Under the pieces are notes generated by a model. The model did no database searches, had not been told where the DNA came from, and saw only the letters and a list, made by a program, of their open reading frames with translations. A program made the position numbers and the translations under genes. A stretch of DNA of 55,534 bases, the filler included, from Sphacelaria rigidula (Eukaryota), in the NCBI GenBank assembly GCA_964200075.2. It is 6 parts of 6 records of this genome, joined end to end, with 100 filler letters (N's around TTAATTAATTAA, not from the genome) between each part and the next. Parts side by side here need not be neighbours in the genome. Positions count along the whole stretch, not along the records: positions 9,275 to 18,447 come from CAXNAA020009126.1; positions 18,548 to 27,720 come from CAXNAA020009127.1; 4 more parts are not named here. The stretch is one strand, 5' to 3'. Numbering within the stretch: position 1 is the stretch's first letter; each line of letters starts with the position of its first letter. Positions 11,217-23,809 of the stretch are shown here, in pieces.

Positions 11217-13032
11217 GAGGCACTTGCGTGTCATCTCAACACGCATCTGGGAGAAGATGCGTTTGTTCAGCACTTGCTCCCGCTAGACCCCAAGGCGGTG
11301 AATTTTTTCGACAACTTTCGCGATGGGATACTGCTATGCCGGCTCGTGAGTCTGGCGATGCCCGGCATGATAGGTACTCAAACTGCCTACCGTAGGTCCT
11401 ATCTCGCTGTCTGGGTATCTATCTCTGCCAGTGTCCGTTTGCCCCTGCCCTTCTTGCTAGTTGCAGACAGACAATACTGCCCCCCACCTCTGCCTGCACT
11501 CTGCTGTATATTGTTCTGTCTCGAGGTTCTCGCAATTTGTGATGACGCCGCCTAGATTTGATTTATGTGGTGGAGAGGTCTGAGCAAGTATGTCGTCGAT
11601 TTTCATTTTTGTATAGATATGGAATGTTATTGGCACCACGGTGCTTGTTTTTATACTGTTGAATCCAACCTACGAAATGTTCAATACTATCACTGGGTGT
11701 TCTACTGTGTGTTCAGAGAGCACTGTACTTGAAGGCTTGGTTGTCCACCGCCCCCTGGTGGGTGAGCCTCAGCGGTAGGTACATCGTCATTGCGCCGATG
11801 TCGTGGGTTTGAGTCCCCACATGATGGTTCACGTGTATTCGTTCAACTGATTCCCGTTGTCCGATGTCATGAGGACGTGAGTGAGCAATCGACACAACGC
11901 GGTCGGTGGAGGTCGACGGACTGTAGAGGGGCTGATCCCATGTTCGGAAGTAAAACTTGTTTGCAGGAAAGGACAATGGTACTGTAGCCGAGGAGAGATG
12001 GATTTATCTCTCGAGTGTACAGCATGGAATTTTCCCTCGGCAGGGAGGGGGGGGGGTGTACTCACGATCACGCGCGCCGTAGTCATAAGACGGTAAGATC
12101 ATAAGACCATGGGACCGTTGACCTCGCATCCCTGCAAAGCCGGCACGGAGTACGCTGGGTTTGCCGAACCAGGCTCGCAATCAATCACCAAGCGCCAAGC
12201 GCCGTGATGTGTTCGGCGAGTTGCGTGAGGGGTGACCGGCATCCTGCCAAGGTTGTTCGGCCCGAAGCGTACTAAAATAAGTGTAATTATCTCTCATGTG
12301 GACGACAGTCTTGAATGGTTTACTTCATTTTCTGGTATCGCCACGTCTAGACAGCCATAGGCTACACTGTCTCACGGGTGTCTTACCATGAAAACACTAT
12401 CATACGTAGCACAACGATCCCTCCCTTTTGCTAGGAAATGAGGTTCTTCCATCCGGCACAACATGATTTAACTCGACCACCGCCATGGTTACCACAACAA
12501 AACGCGGGCGAGAAGAATACGGAAACCTGGTCGCCTAGCTTGCGCCGTGATTGGCGTGTTTCACAGCTTCGTTGGCAATGTACGCCAACCCTCAGAGGGC
12601 GGGGGGACTAGATTGAATGCACAATCATGGGTAGATTCTGGAACCCATGTGAAGGGGGTCACAAACAAGCGGTATGTCTACATGTGAACAGTAGTGCTGT
12701 GCACGGTTTTTCCCTCCGTATTGTTTTATACCTTCTCTGCGTCGTTTGTTTGCCATTTTCTTGTCCTTCACACTGATTTTCTACGTTTTTGTCCGCGTTT
12801 TTGATTTGCCTAAGCAGCCGACTCTGCGATGAACGTTCCGGTGGGTTCCGAGCCGGTGGGGCTGTTTAAAGCGACGGAAAACCTCAACGCCGCGCTCACC
12901 GCGGCCGAGGCGGGGGGACTTCAGCTGGAGAATATCGGGGCCAGGGATATAATGGATGGGAGGTCGGCGAGCATTCTGGGGCTGTCGTGGCAGCTCATTC
13001 GAGTTCACCTGCAGGCGGCGATCAAGTCCAAG
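11217..13032 (+). CDS. Fimbrin/plastin-type calponin-homology (CH1) domain, exons 11217-11373 and 12818-13032
   Basis: Spliced product EALACHLNTHLGEDAFVQHLLPLDP...DGILLCRLVSLAMPGMI|ADSAMN...LFKATENLNAAL...LENIGARDIMDGRSASILGLSWQLIR matches fimbrin CH1 motifs (DGILLCKLIN, ENxNL, NIGAxD, ILGLIWQII); canonical, phase-compatible splice sites. Confidence 0.8.
11752..11825 (+). repeat. tRNA-derived SINE head (intronic)
   Basis: A-box-like agcctcagcggtagg and B-box gggtttgagtcccc at tRNA-like spacing. Confidence 0.45.
12043..12606 (+). repeat. Repeat family A, full-length copy in a CH-gene intron
   Basis: Begins G-run+tgtactcacgatc and ends ccctcagagggcgggggg; colinear with the other copies. Confidence 0.8.
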
Positions 13033-13405
13033 GTATATGAAAACAGACGTGTGAAAATGGACTTGAGAGTTTACCACTGAAGGAGAGCGTCTGGCTGGTG
13101 CAAGTCTGCCAGCTACATCAGCCCCGTGCAGAACCAGTACGGTTTTCTTTTGTTTGAAACGTTGACCAGTACAAAACTCTGTTGTACAAGGAGAAATACC
13201 GTTTTGTGATGCCCGAGGGTACTGTACCTCATTTCGCCGTCGTAAACACGACAGTGGTACCAAACTCAGCCACCAACCCAGCTGCTTACCTCATCTCTGT
13301 GCAAGTATGCAGCTGCCATTATAGTCGTGGTAGGCAGCGGCGGCTCACGTGATGATCTGAATTGCTTGAAAATTGCATGTGAATGCGTTGGTGGGATGAT
13401 TAATG

Positions 13406-13976
13406 CAAGGTTGTGTTCTGTAGGGTACGGGTTTCTGTATACCCGGGGTATTTCGCCAGATATTTACCGTACCCGACAGTTCTGTGACTTCTGTTTGACT
13501 TTCATACCGGTACCCGACAGTTCTGTAATTTTTGTAAGACTCCCGTACCGTTAGCAGGGGGCACGGGTACGCTCTTGATGAGATACCTGATTGCGGGTAC
13601 GCTTTTCTGTGCAACCTTCATACCCTACCCGACAGTTTCTGTGAGTTCTTTAAGCCTCCCATACCTTCACCTGACAGTTCTGTGAGTTATGTAAAGAATG
13701 TTTACCCGTACCCGGAGCGTGGGTATGCTCTTGAAGAAATACCCGATTGCCGGTACCGGTTTTCTGGAATCCTCCTATATCGTACCCGACAAGTTCTGTA
13801 ATTTTGTAAGACTTTCATCCGGTACCGGTACCTGACAGTTCTGTGAGCTCTGTAAGTGTCCCATACCCCTACCCGGGGTTAGGATATACCGTTGTATATA
13901 TACCCGATTGCAGGTATGAGCACAGGTATATACCTTGGGGGGGTACAGATATAGGTTCAATCCAAACACAACCTCA
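13406..13976 (+). mobile_element. MITE family B (hAT-like, internal taccggtacccgacagttctgt repeats)
   Basis: Starts caaggttgtgttctgt; degenerate right TIR aacacaacctca; homologous to 14578-15114. Confidence 0.7.
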
Positions 13977-14577
13977 TGACCTGAACATGTACCTCCCATC
14001 GATCAACCCACCCAACTCCTTCATTCAAAACTGCACACCAACAACAATTCAATGTTGAAAAGTTCTTCAATTCGGCATCTGACGGGATACGAGGTACCGC
14101 TGAGTGGGAACACGAAACATGATGAGCCCTGCAGACCGTCAGGACGGATCACCCCCAGACTCGCGAGTGGTGGCTCGAGCGGGGGTGGTTCATCTGCGCC
14201 ACCAGAGGATCAACTAGCAAGACGCACGTCATCGACTTTGATGGTGGTTGTGTCGTGGTCATCAAATCCCAGGCCGTTATCGACATGTACAGCACAGAGT
14301 ATATGTGATCTGCCACCGAAAGTCGTCAAGGCCGTCGGCGATTTTGTCGCGTGCCGAAGGGCTTCCAGAGAACGGGCAGCCGTGGATGCTCCTTCATGTA
14401 CTCTCTGGGAGTGTACGTGAAACCGATAGATGTTGAAAACCCATGTACTCATACGATCGTTCGTGTAGTCTTTCTCTATCAACCCCGTGAAAGCCGTTCA
14501 GAGATTTCGTGAAATGTTACCTGTATTTCGTCACTGTTGTAGTGACGTAGGTCCCACCAAAGGGGTGATGATAATAC

Positions 14578-15114
14578 CAAGGTCGTGTTCTGTACGGTAC
14601 GGGTTTCTGTGTACCCGGGGTATTTTGCCGGGTATTTACCGCACCCGACAGTTCTGTAAACCTTGTAAGATTTCCATACCGGTACCCGACGGTTCTGTAA
14701 TCTCTGTAAGACCTTTAAACCCATACCCGATAGTTATGTGAGTTCTGTTAGCCTCCCGTACCGTTACCGGGGGGCACCGGTATGCTCTAGATAATATACC
14801 CAGTTGCGGGTACGGTCTTCTGTGCAACCTCCATACCCTACCCGACAGTTCTGTGAGTTCTGTACAAAAAATGTACCCTATCCCGAGGGGCGGGTATTCC
14901 CTAAGAGAGTCACCCGATTGCCGGTACCGGTTTTCTGTGAGCTTAACGTACCGTACCCGAGAAGTTCTGTAATTTCTGTAAGACTTTCATACCGGTACCC
15001 GACAGTTCTGTAAACTCTGTAAGACTTTCATACCGGTACCCGACAGTTCTTTAAGTTTTGTAAGGGGTCTCATACCCCACAGAACGTACCCGTACCTCAC
15101 AGACCACAACCTTG
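14578..15114 (+). mobile_element. MITE family B, second copy
   Basis: TIR caaggtcgtgttctgt / acagaccacaaccttg; many internal ~38-bp subrepeats. Confidence 0.75.
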
Positions 15115-15330
15115 GATTAATATATTACTTGAAAATAGTATGAGAAGCTGTTCCGAGGTTCTACGGCAGTCAGACGATCAATTGACGAGGGGGCATCGGT
15201 GTAGTTGCACCAAGTGCTTTGGCACGTTGTTTTTGCAGTGCGTTTGTCGTTCTACATTACACCGCTTTTGATGCGTGCGTACGTGCTCGCGTGCTGTGTG
15301 TCTCGGTGTCTCGGTGTGTGTCTCGTGCAG

Positions 15331-16071
15331 GACGCCGGACGATCCCAGCAGCCGCTCCTAGGCTGCCAACCTCCGCTGCAAGATGACAGTGAAGAGGTGG
15401 GGGGACGATCGTGGCCCCTGGTGGTCACCCTGTCAACATCGGCCTGGGCGTTACCGCTGTCGGAACAGTCGCCGGAGTCTACGAGTGTCGGCCTAACATT
15501 TTCGTCTGCCCTGACCTCGAAGAGTGGGGCCGGTGATGGTGGTGGCGGCAGAGACAGATGCTTCTCCAGCGTGTGGAGAGGACAATCGTGCACGATTTTC
15601 ATCGGGTACACAACGCTGCGGTACGTTTCGCCACGGTACGTTTCGCCACGGTACGTTACGCCACGTTGCATGACGAGCTGTCATTCGGAAGTAGACAAGC
15701 GTTGTGCGTGCGTGTTTTTTTTTTAAATCTTTTGTTTTCGTGACAACAAAATGCATTGACGTACGTGTAGAATGCACGTAATTCTTCATTGGTATTTCTG
15801 CTCATCGCTCCTGCGCAGACACAGGCCAGACGAGGCGTGCGCTGCCGTGGCCGCCCAGCGTCGGGGGCGGCGGGTGACGGGAGGGCAAAGGGGGCGTGCG
15901 AGATGTATGGGGGAAGTCACGCATCGCAGGGACACCCCTCGCACCCGTCATCGAGCTTACGAGAACGATTGGCTCTCGAAGCTGTCCACCAGGAGAAGAA
16001 AGTTCGCGAAGGATCTCGGTGTCGATGCTGAGCAGGAGGAGCAGGAGGAGCAGGAGGAGCAGGAGGAGCAG
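15331..16071 (+). CDS. Candidate downstream low-complexity exons (15331-15605, 15819-16071) of the CH-domain gene
   Basis: cag/gt boundaries with an open phase chain 0-2-0; ends in (EQE)n; no recognisable domain. Confidence 0.35.
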
Positions 16072-16195
16072 GTGGTTTTGTACGCAATGTCTAGTCTTGT
16101 AGTGGCGCTGTTTTCAATGCGTTCATCCTCACTTTTTCTAGCAAATAATATTTTGCGACTACATGTTCGATGATTTCATGTATACCTACTCATCT

Positions 16196-16285
16196 CCCCC
16201 CCCCTCCCTCAAAGGGATGCGTGGTCAATGGTCAAACGACTAAGGCAAGCAACAAATGAGTACGCCCCCCCTCCCTCTCCCCCCC
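16196..16285 (-). repeat. Miniature (~90 bp) family A derivative; second copy at 18380-18447
   Basis: aaagggatgcgtggtcaatggtcaaa.gactaaggcaagcaacaaat is shared with 18402-18447 and is the reverse complement of family A termini. Confidence 0.7.
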
Positions 16286-17679
16286 TCACGATGGTGTCTG
16301 CCAAGCCCTTGCTCCGTCCTCATCTCGCAAAGGCGATAATTACACACGAAGCAAAACACATACACACCAAAGATAGCACAAGCTCGGGCTCCACGCACTT
16401 ATCCCCTGGAACCAAGTGCCCAATCGGCGATAACTGTTCCGGATCATATCTCACCCTTCGCCATGTCGTGTGCCGTAACCATGTATCTTGGTTATCGTTC
16501 TGTGGCATGTCTTCTTGTCTTCAGGGTTGTCGCCTAGGTTACGGGAAGGGGAGAAGGAGCAGAGGGTGGCTGTTTCCCTTCGCGAACGATCTCGTCAGGT
16601 GCAAGAATATGTTTCTGCACCATTTTTTAGTATGGGTGGGCGAGAGCATCTCTCTCTCTCTCTCTCTCTTTCCCTGTTGTTTTGACCCCTTATTTTTTCG
16701 TCATGTGCGACAGGTCAAAGGCTACTATCATGATTGAGTTTCGATGATTTGCTCACGTACGTCACACCGAATGTGTACCAGACTATTCTGTATTCATTTC
16801 CTGATCACCGCTGTCGTAGAAGGCCTTGGCGAGCACGCACAGCCTTCGTCTCTTGCAAATCAAACGAAGCATTGCTAGCTAGAAGGTAGCTCTCAAGCTC
16901 TCTGGTGCCGAATACAGAAACACAGCAGCAGCACAGACCATTCTAAAAGGTGCTGTAGAGCGACATGCTGAGCCTAAATTTGCACTCCACATGAAACGAC
17001 CTACAACAATATCGGTCGTTGGAAGAGTGCGGAGACCAGATGCTCAGCTTTTGGCGAGCCACGGTGCACTATGCGAGCTTGACACGCAGCAATAAACTCG
17101 GGGGACGGGATACGCATGTTTCCGACTGACAATTTGAGCCGCCTTTCGCGGTGTCACGCGCAGTTGGATGCCGAGGATTAAATCACGTCATCCACGGCTA
17201 GACCCCACTTGTTCGCCAGCAGCTGTCGGAGTTCCAGCGGTATAAAATAGCTTGTACGCAAATGCGCAACAGAAACATCTTTATCGGGCAAGAAGAGAAG
17301 GCAGCCACATTACACCTCAAGATGTAGGAAATATGATTTGCCCACTGACATTCGGATGCGGCCTGTGTGACCCTAGAGTCGATCAGAAAACATGTTGCTG
17401 GCGATGGTGTACGATTCTGCTATCATATATACCGTGCAGTCCTATCGTGTTCTGTCCTGTCCTGTTGTGTGGTGCAGTACACTACGGCGTTTCGCAGTGT
17501 ACCGCAGACGACACTACACTTGACAGTACTGTTCCACATGGGCCTAGGTTGTACGATGTTACTGCTGTGCCTTTTTCTTTCCGCTTCTTTTGACTTCTGA
17601 AATATCAAGACGATTGGTGGACTCATGTCTCACTCTTATCATTGCCGTTTGAAGACTGAGATTATGACGGGGAACATGC

Positions 17680-17874
17680 TGTAATGCGTGAGAGGACCGC
17701 ATCGGAATTTGAACATCCCCATGGTTAGGGTTAGGGTCAGGGTTAGTGTTGGGGTTATGGTCAGATGCATGGTACCTGCAGGGACTGACCCGATTGGTTT
17801 TGAAAAACATCGATCGTGAGGTGTTTTGAACTACGGCGCGGTCCTCTAACCACGCGGTCCTCTCACGCATTACA
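17680..17874. mobile_element. MITE with 21-bp perfect TIR and internal TTAGGG-like tract
   Basis: tgtaatgcgtgagaggaccgc / gcggtcctctcacgcattaca; internal ggttagggttagggtcagggttag. Confidence 0.75.
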
Positions 17875-18447
17875 ATGCCCCAGCTCTTGCTTTCTTTTTT
17901 CTTCCTGCTTCATCCCTTGGTTTTTGAGTCTCCCCCCATCCCGCCGTACCCACCATTTGACTGTGAACACCTGTTGGTCTTCGGTTTTTCTCGTAGAGAA
18001 CCGACTAGCGTGTTTGATGGGGAGGAGCAGTAGGAGGAGGAAGGTGAAGAGGAAGCAGAGTCGGAAGAGGAGAACGACAGAAAGCCCCGAGAGTCTCGAG
18101 AGGTGACTCATTCTCTTCGACGGTTTTGATTTACGCACCAATGGGTCTCTGTATCTTCGTGGGGTGACGCACTTTGTATATTTCAGTTTGTGCACCGATC
18201 AGCTGGGCTTCCGTACACGGGTTGCTAGATAATGGTAGGGTAGGGTAAGGTATTTCTCAGTCGATCTCTCAAGGCCCTAGAAAACTCAATATCATCACGA
18301 ATACTCTGGAAACAACCCAGGGTACATCAAGCGCGATATCCTACAGCAGTATGCTTCGATGTTTGTTGGCTGCATCATCCCCCCCCCCTGCTCCGTCTCG
18401 AAAGGGATGCGTGGTCAATGGTCAAATGACTAAGGCAAGCAACAAAT

Positions 18448-18547
18448 NNNNNNNNNNNNNNNNNNNNNNNNNNNNNNNNNNNNNNNNNNNNTTAATTAAT
18501 TAANNNNNNNNNNNNNNNNNNNNNNNNNNNNNNNNNNNNNNNNNNNN
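18448..18547. other. Artificial scaffold spacer
   Basis: N44-TTAATTAATTAA-N44. Confidence 0.97.
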
Positions 18548-18869
18548 GGGAAAGCACTGTTTTAGGCTTGAACCGCATCTCGGAGTTAAACCTCAACTCG
18601 GACAATTTGTTGTTATGATTCAAATCTTTCACGGTGTTCAAGCCCGACCAAAAGGTACTCTTGTACCCACCATAACAGGACTCAGGAAGGCCGAACTCGA
18701 AACTCCAACCTACATGGAGAGGACCTTTCATGGTAACCGAGAGACGATCGCTGGCTGTGTACATAATCAAAATAGGCGACGACTCTAGAGAAACGTCAGT
18801 ACATCTCGCTCATTTGAAGAAATATCAACTGCGAGAAACAGCGTCCGCACCGGACTTTGACAAAAGGTC

Positions 18870-19255
18870 AGCAAAACGCTCACATCCGTAGTCGAAACAA
18901 AAAAACAAATCCGGGTAACGGAAATGGGTGTGACTGTTTAACAGACTGTTCCAGCGTGTTAGCAAAACGCTCAAAGGTTGAGCAGCAACCTGAAGTCGAA
19001 ATTCGGAGATTAATGAGACCCAAAAGCTACAACTCAACAGTTGACCCAAGCTATCGAGCTGACGAAACAATACAAAGTAGACACCTCCTCGATATATACC
19101 GTCATGACATCGGGTTAGCAAAGCGCTCACATCCGGAATCGAAATCCGAAAATACCGGGTGACGGAAACGGATGTGATTGTTCAACAGACTATTCCAGCA
19201 CCCTAGCAAAACGTTCAAGGGTTGAGCAGTAACGCGGGGTCACAATTCGGAGATC
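18870..19255 (+). repeat. Local duplication (~140 bp, 18870-19010 vs 19117-19255)
   Basis: gcaaa.cgctcacatccg...acggaaa.gg.tgtga.tgtt.aacagact.ttccagc...aaattcggagat occurs twice. Confidence 0.7.
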
Positions 19256-19412
19256 AAGGAGAGTCACAAGAGAAGAAAACAAAAACGACGTTAGAACAAT
19301 GCAGACATGAACGGGAAAATATTCGACATGTCAACGGCGACTGGAGTGAAACTTCCCAAGGAAGATAACCTCTCAGCAATCGGGGTAGTGCTGATCATTT
19401 TTGACGATGGGT

Positions 19413-20230
19413 AGACAAGAGAGCACAATGCTCACACGCCGAAAACATCGTATGCACCGCTTTGTTACTAACACGAGGACGTTGTACTATTGAAGTGTCA
19501 GTGGAACCGAAGGTATCCCCAAACCCGGACATGTAAAACCCAGGCGCCCGTGGACCGACCAGTGTCCCAGTGCCCAGGCATGTAGGAACAGCAGATGCAT
19601 CCAGCACCAAAATGCAGCGCATCTTCTGAATTATCACGTGGGACACACGTATATGCCACAAAATGATACGAAGCAAATAACATGTCGATATTTCACCAAA
19701 GAGCACAATGCTCGCAAGATAAACATCGGACCCACCGCTTTGGTACTAACGCAAGGACTCTGTCCGATACTCCGGTGTCAGTGGAACCAGAGGTATCCCA
19801 GAACCCGGGCAGAAATACCTCAAGCGCCCGTGGACCAGTCGGTGTCCCAGTGCCTAGTCAGGTATACCTAACTGGTGCAGCCTGCACCAAAGTGCAAAAA
19901 GTATCCCATCAAAAATATGTCACTCATGATGCATCTATTTGACACAATACAAGAAGCAAAGGTCATGTAGACCGGGTTTAGACAAAAGAGCACAATGCTC
20001 ACATGCGAAGAAAAATACATATCATATGTATCTGCAACACCGCCGTGTTACTAAGCCGAGACTTAACCCTACTCGAGTGTCAGCGGAATCGAAGGCATCC
20101 CAGAACCCGGGCAGGAATAACTCAGGCGCCCGTGGACAGATCAGTTTCCCAGTGCTCAGTCATGCATAACAGCAGATGCAACTAGCACCCAAGTGCAAAT
20201 ATATCTGATGGAAACATGTCACATATGACA
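19413..20230 (+). repeat. Tandem repeat, ~280-bp unit x3
   Basis: gagcacaatgctc...gtgtcag.ggaa.c...aacccgg...gcgcccgtggac...cccagtgc at ~19413, ~19695 and ~19980. Confidence 0.8.
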
Positions 20231-21651
20231 ACTACATGATAGAAAACCAAATTGAAAAGGGTTTGAAATATATGCACTATTACAGACCACAGGTGGCTAA
20301 AATTTACTGGAGGTGTTTGCTCAATGCCACAGTATAGAGAAGGGCTACCTTTGCGAGTAGTGATGGCGTGGCTCAATCAATGATAGTCACTCAAGGATAT
20401 TCCCATGATTATATCATCAGCGAAGCTGATGATCGCCTCGTCCCACCAGCCATAGCCTCGATGGGCTCCAGGTGCATAAAGGGGGGGGATATGTCGGGAA
20501 TGCATCTTTGCAGTGACATATCAGAGACTGAGACCACACATGTATAAAGAGCCAGAGCAAGCAGGTACAAGTAGGAACGGTCCGAATGGACCAGATTCCC
20601 GAGGACCCTGTAATGCCGACGTAACTAGACAACTCGGGGTGATGCCAGGAAGAGCATAATATAGGACGGTCCAACATCCCCCGAGGCCCCGGTCGCCTAT
20701 GGCGACCACTTCTCGTCTNNNNNNNNNNGTTCCTTCAGCATCAGGACGGCAGTCTCCCCCCGTAGGTCTCTGACTACTCTAGCGATACGCCTTCCTTACA
20801 CACGCCAGGATTACTATTCCAGTGTGTTGGAGAAATCCCGAATTAATCTGCAAACGGGGACGCCCTGACCCATATTCTTGTGCGTCTATAATCGTTAGGA
20901 GCCTCTGAGCCACACAAACTTGCGCGAAAAAAGTGCACCCCTGCCGTAGTATTGCTCTGTACTTGGAGGTGCGGTGAATCACTTTTGTTTCGATATAGTA
21001 CTGCCGCTGCTGCGTGCTGTACCAAATAGTATACCGTACCGGTTCAAAAACGGATGTGCATGATATAAGCGTAACCGATATGCTCTGGTTATCATAAACT
21101 GTGAACTATATACCGTACCAGGCGCGGGAAGCGTAGTTTTTGTCAAGGAATGCAAGGACGCGACCACACTGCAGTATAGGCAGTTTTGATTATCAGCATC
21201 AAACACGTGATTCGAACAAGACTCAAATCAAATTATTTACACTATAGTACCTGGGCGTTTTGGTACTGAAAGGAGTCCACCAGTCCCTCCACTACCTACC
21301 GTAAGGAGATAGATACCGCGTGTAAATACAAGATGACTTACGGGCAACCTTCATTTTAGAGCTGAAGGGCCGAGCCGAGACCACTCCGGTGTCGCCACCG
21401 AAATCCGAGACTGCAACGCCCCAAACACCGAAATAAGTTGAAATTGGAAGCGCCCTGGACACAGGGCAATCTATTTTATGTTTGGCATCTCTAAAAAATA
21501 AATCAAGTGTAGATTGCGTGTTTGCAAATATGTATGCGTGTGATTTGTAAAACCTCCATTTCTGCTGTGAAAAATAGCTTATTGGTGCACAGTTAGTCTG
21601 GCCCCCGCTGGATTGATGCCAACCATCAGTGGAAATTTTACTCTGATTAAG

Positions 21652-22063
21652 AGCCTGAATCCGTTTTTGAGGTTAAACTTTTTCATGAGTTTCAACTCGA
21701 AAACAGTGCTTTCCCTGACCTAAAGTCATTACCAATGAATTTCACATGGACGACCTCATGCCCCCCGACCTCCTTAAAACTATTTTCGGAGGTTGCCCGT
21801 CTTCCGCGCCCCCCAAGTGTATATGCGAAAGCACCAATTTCGGGCGAAAAACGTCCCACTGCCGATATCGAGGCGAAAAGGTGCTTTCGCACATACGCTT
21901 TGGGGGCACGGAAGACGGGCAACCCCCGAAAATTGTTTCAAGGAGATCGGGGGGCATGAGGTCGTCCATGTGAAATTCATTGGTCATGACTTTAGGTCAG
22001 GGAAAGCATTGTTTTCGAGATAAAACTCATGAAAACGTTTAACCTCAAAAACGGATCCAGACT
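21652..22063. mobile_element. Foldback/hairpin element, ~190-bp arms
   Basis: Imperfect palindrome with loop at ~21845-21870; explains the mirror-image ORFs on both strands. Confidence 0.85.
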
Positions 22064-22198
22064 GTTGGTTTTGAAAAAAGTGGAGAGTCGTGAGATTTCA
22101 CCTTTTTTTGGGAACGCTAATATGATTTTAGTGTCACTTGGCATCCATATATTGGGGTGTGGCACGAAGAGCTTACTAATAACCGATATATGATGAAC

Positions 22199-22485
22199 GT
22201 TTTCGTGAGATTGAGAGTAGAGGGCGGATTGAGAATGGCTTTGATCATCCGCTTTAACGTAGCCAACTTTTCATCCCGTGTGTGCTTTTCTTTGCCGCCA
22301 TCACTGGCGTATGCTTACAGCTACACGTCGATATCCTCCTCAGGGATATCAAGGGCCTCAGTGACAAGCTACTACAGAAAGCATATCGGCCCTCGTGGAG
22401 GGACATTTCGAAACTGAAGCGATTCATTCATGGTTGACCGCTTTTCACTCTCAGTCCTATCATACACTCTTAATCTCAAGAAAAC
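22199..22485 (+). mobile_element. MITE family C; second copy at 28152-28398
   Basis: TIR gttttcgtgagattgagagt / actcttaatctcaagaaaac; body colinear with 28152-28398. Confidence 0.7.
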
Positions 22486-22559
22486 ATCGTTCTTGGTTGG
22501 CATTTTTCTCAGCGGGCTGGGATAGGCGATAAGCAAACTCTTCCGGGAAGACACGAGTG

Positions 22560-22850
22560 TGTTATGTGCAGGCGGTGTTCTGGTAAATTTTGAAGATGAA
22601 TGTGGTGAGCTTCATCGTTGACGTCATGTTCATGTCCCGACTGCATTCTGGTAGATTTCAAGGGAAAATATGATCAGCTTCGTCATTTCATGTCCATGCC
22701 CATGCTGTGTTTTGGTAGGTTTAAGGAAAGGACGTTTAGCTCCGTTATTTCATATTCATGTCCGGGCTGTTGTCGTCGGTTTAAGAGAGACGATTGGCTT
22801 CGTCATTTCATGCACATATACGGGCTTTGTTCTGGTTGATTGAAGAAATA
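22560..22850 (+). repeat. Degenerate ~60-bp minisatellite (~5 units)
   Basis: gcttcgtcatttcatg...gctgtgttctggtag.ttt.aag recurs. Confidence 0.65.
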
Positions 22851-23809
22851 AAGGCAATGGCCAAGAAAAGGTATACCTTCTCGTTTTTTGCCTGAGGAAG
22901 GTTCAAAAACTGTCCAGAAACGTGAAAACAGCAAGCGACAGTGGATCCTACCTTTTGGGGTTGATCTCGAAAATGAGGGTCAAGTGGCATATATTTTTGG
23001 CATGCATGACGCGAAACAGTTACACAAAGCGAAACCATTTCCCCCCCAAAATGTCTGCAGCAGGTAAGCAATTGTGGCTAGATGCACCTAACGAATGCGG
23101 TGTACACGCATGTCGATGACGGTATCACCGGAGAGAGAAGCAACGACAGAGAGGAAGCTCCTCGCCCATGTCCTTTGTGTGTCCTTGCTCGGCGATTACC
23201 AATCGCTCGAGAGACTGGCATCATGCATGTTACCAGCATGTGCCGAATTTCTCATGTGCCGGTAGGCTTGTTATATTGATGCACAACCCCCCAAGGAACA
23301 TTGAGGTACGGAGGGATGTCGTCTCTTCTCGTCTGTGGAGCTCACCAATCCAAATATCGATTTATCTCTGCTTCTCTTTTTGGACAGGACGCGCCTCTGT
23401 GCGCTGCAGAACACGTCGTTGAGAAAGAGGGCGATGTTCCCGTCACCGCTACCGTTCTCTGTCACACACGTGCCAGCAAGGACGGTGCTGCGGCAATACC
23501 AGATCCAATTGGAACGTGGGGGGTGTTATTCACCCTTGATTCTACCCGACATGCGACCCTCTGGGTGCGCGACAAGAGCGTGCCACACGCCAGTTGGGGG
23601 GCGTATGAGAGATCAAACACTCGTGGAGACCTTCTTGACATGCTGAGTGAAAACAAATATCAATGGTGGTGACCTAAATGTTGCTAGCGTGGCGCATAGG
23701 AGCGCCTCCATGCTGCAATCTGGAGCACACACTGGCTGCGTGAACACCGCGGCACAGTAGTAGCTTTCTAGAATTCCAATGTGAGGAGCACACGCGGCCA
23801 TTTGGCCAC

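Noticed and set aside
17723..17760. True telomere
   Set aside because: Short, degenerate and internal to a MITE
21692..22023. Paired similar ORFs on opposite strands (also 5414-5957)
   Set aside because: Artefact of palindromic DNA; no protein motifs
23388..23672. Possible exon DAPLCAAEH...RGDLLDML
   Set aside because: Plausible acceptor, but no recognisable motif or confirmed partner exon
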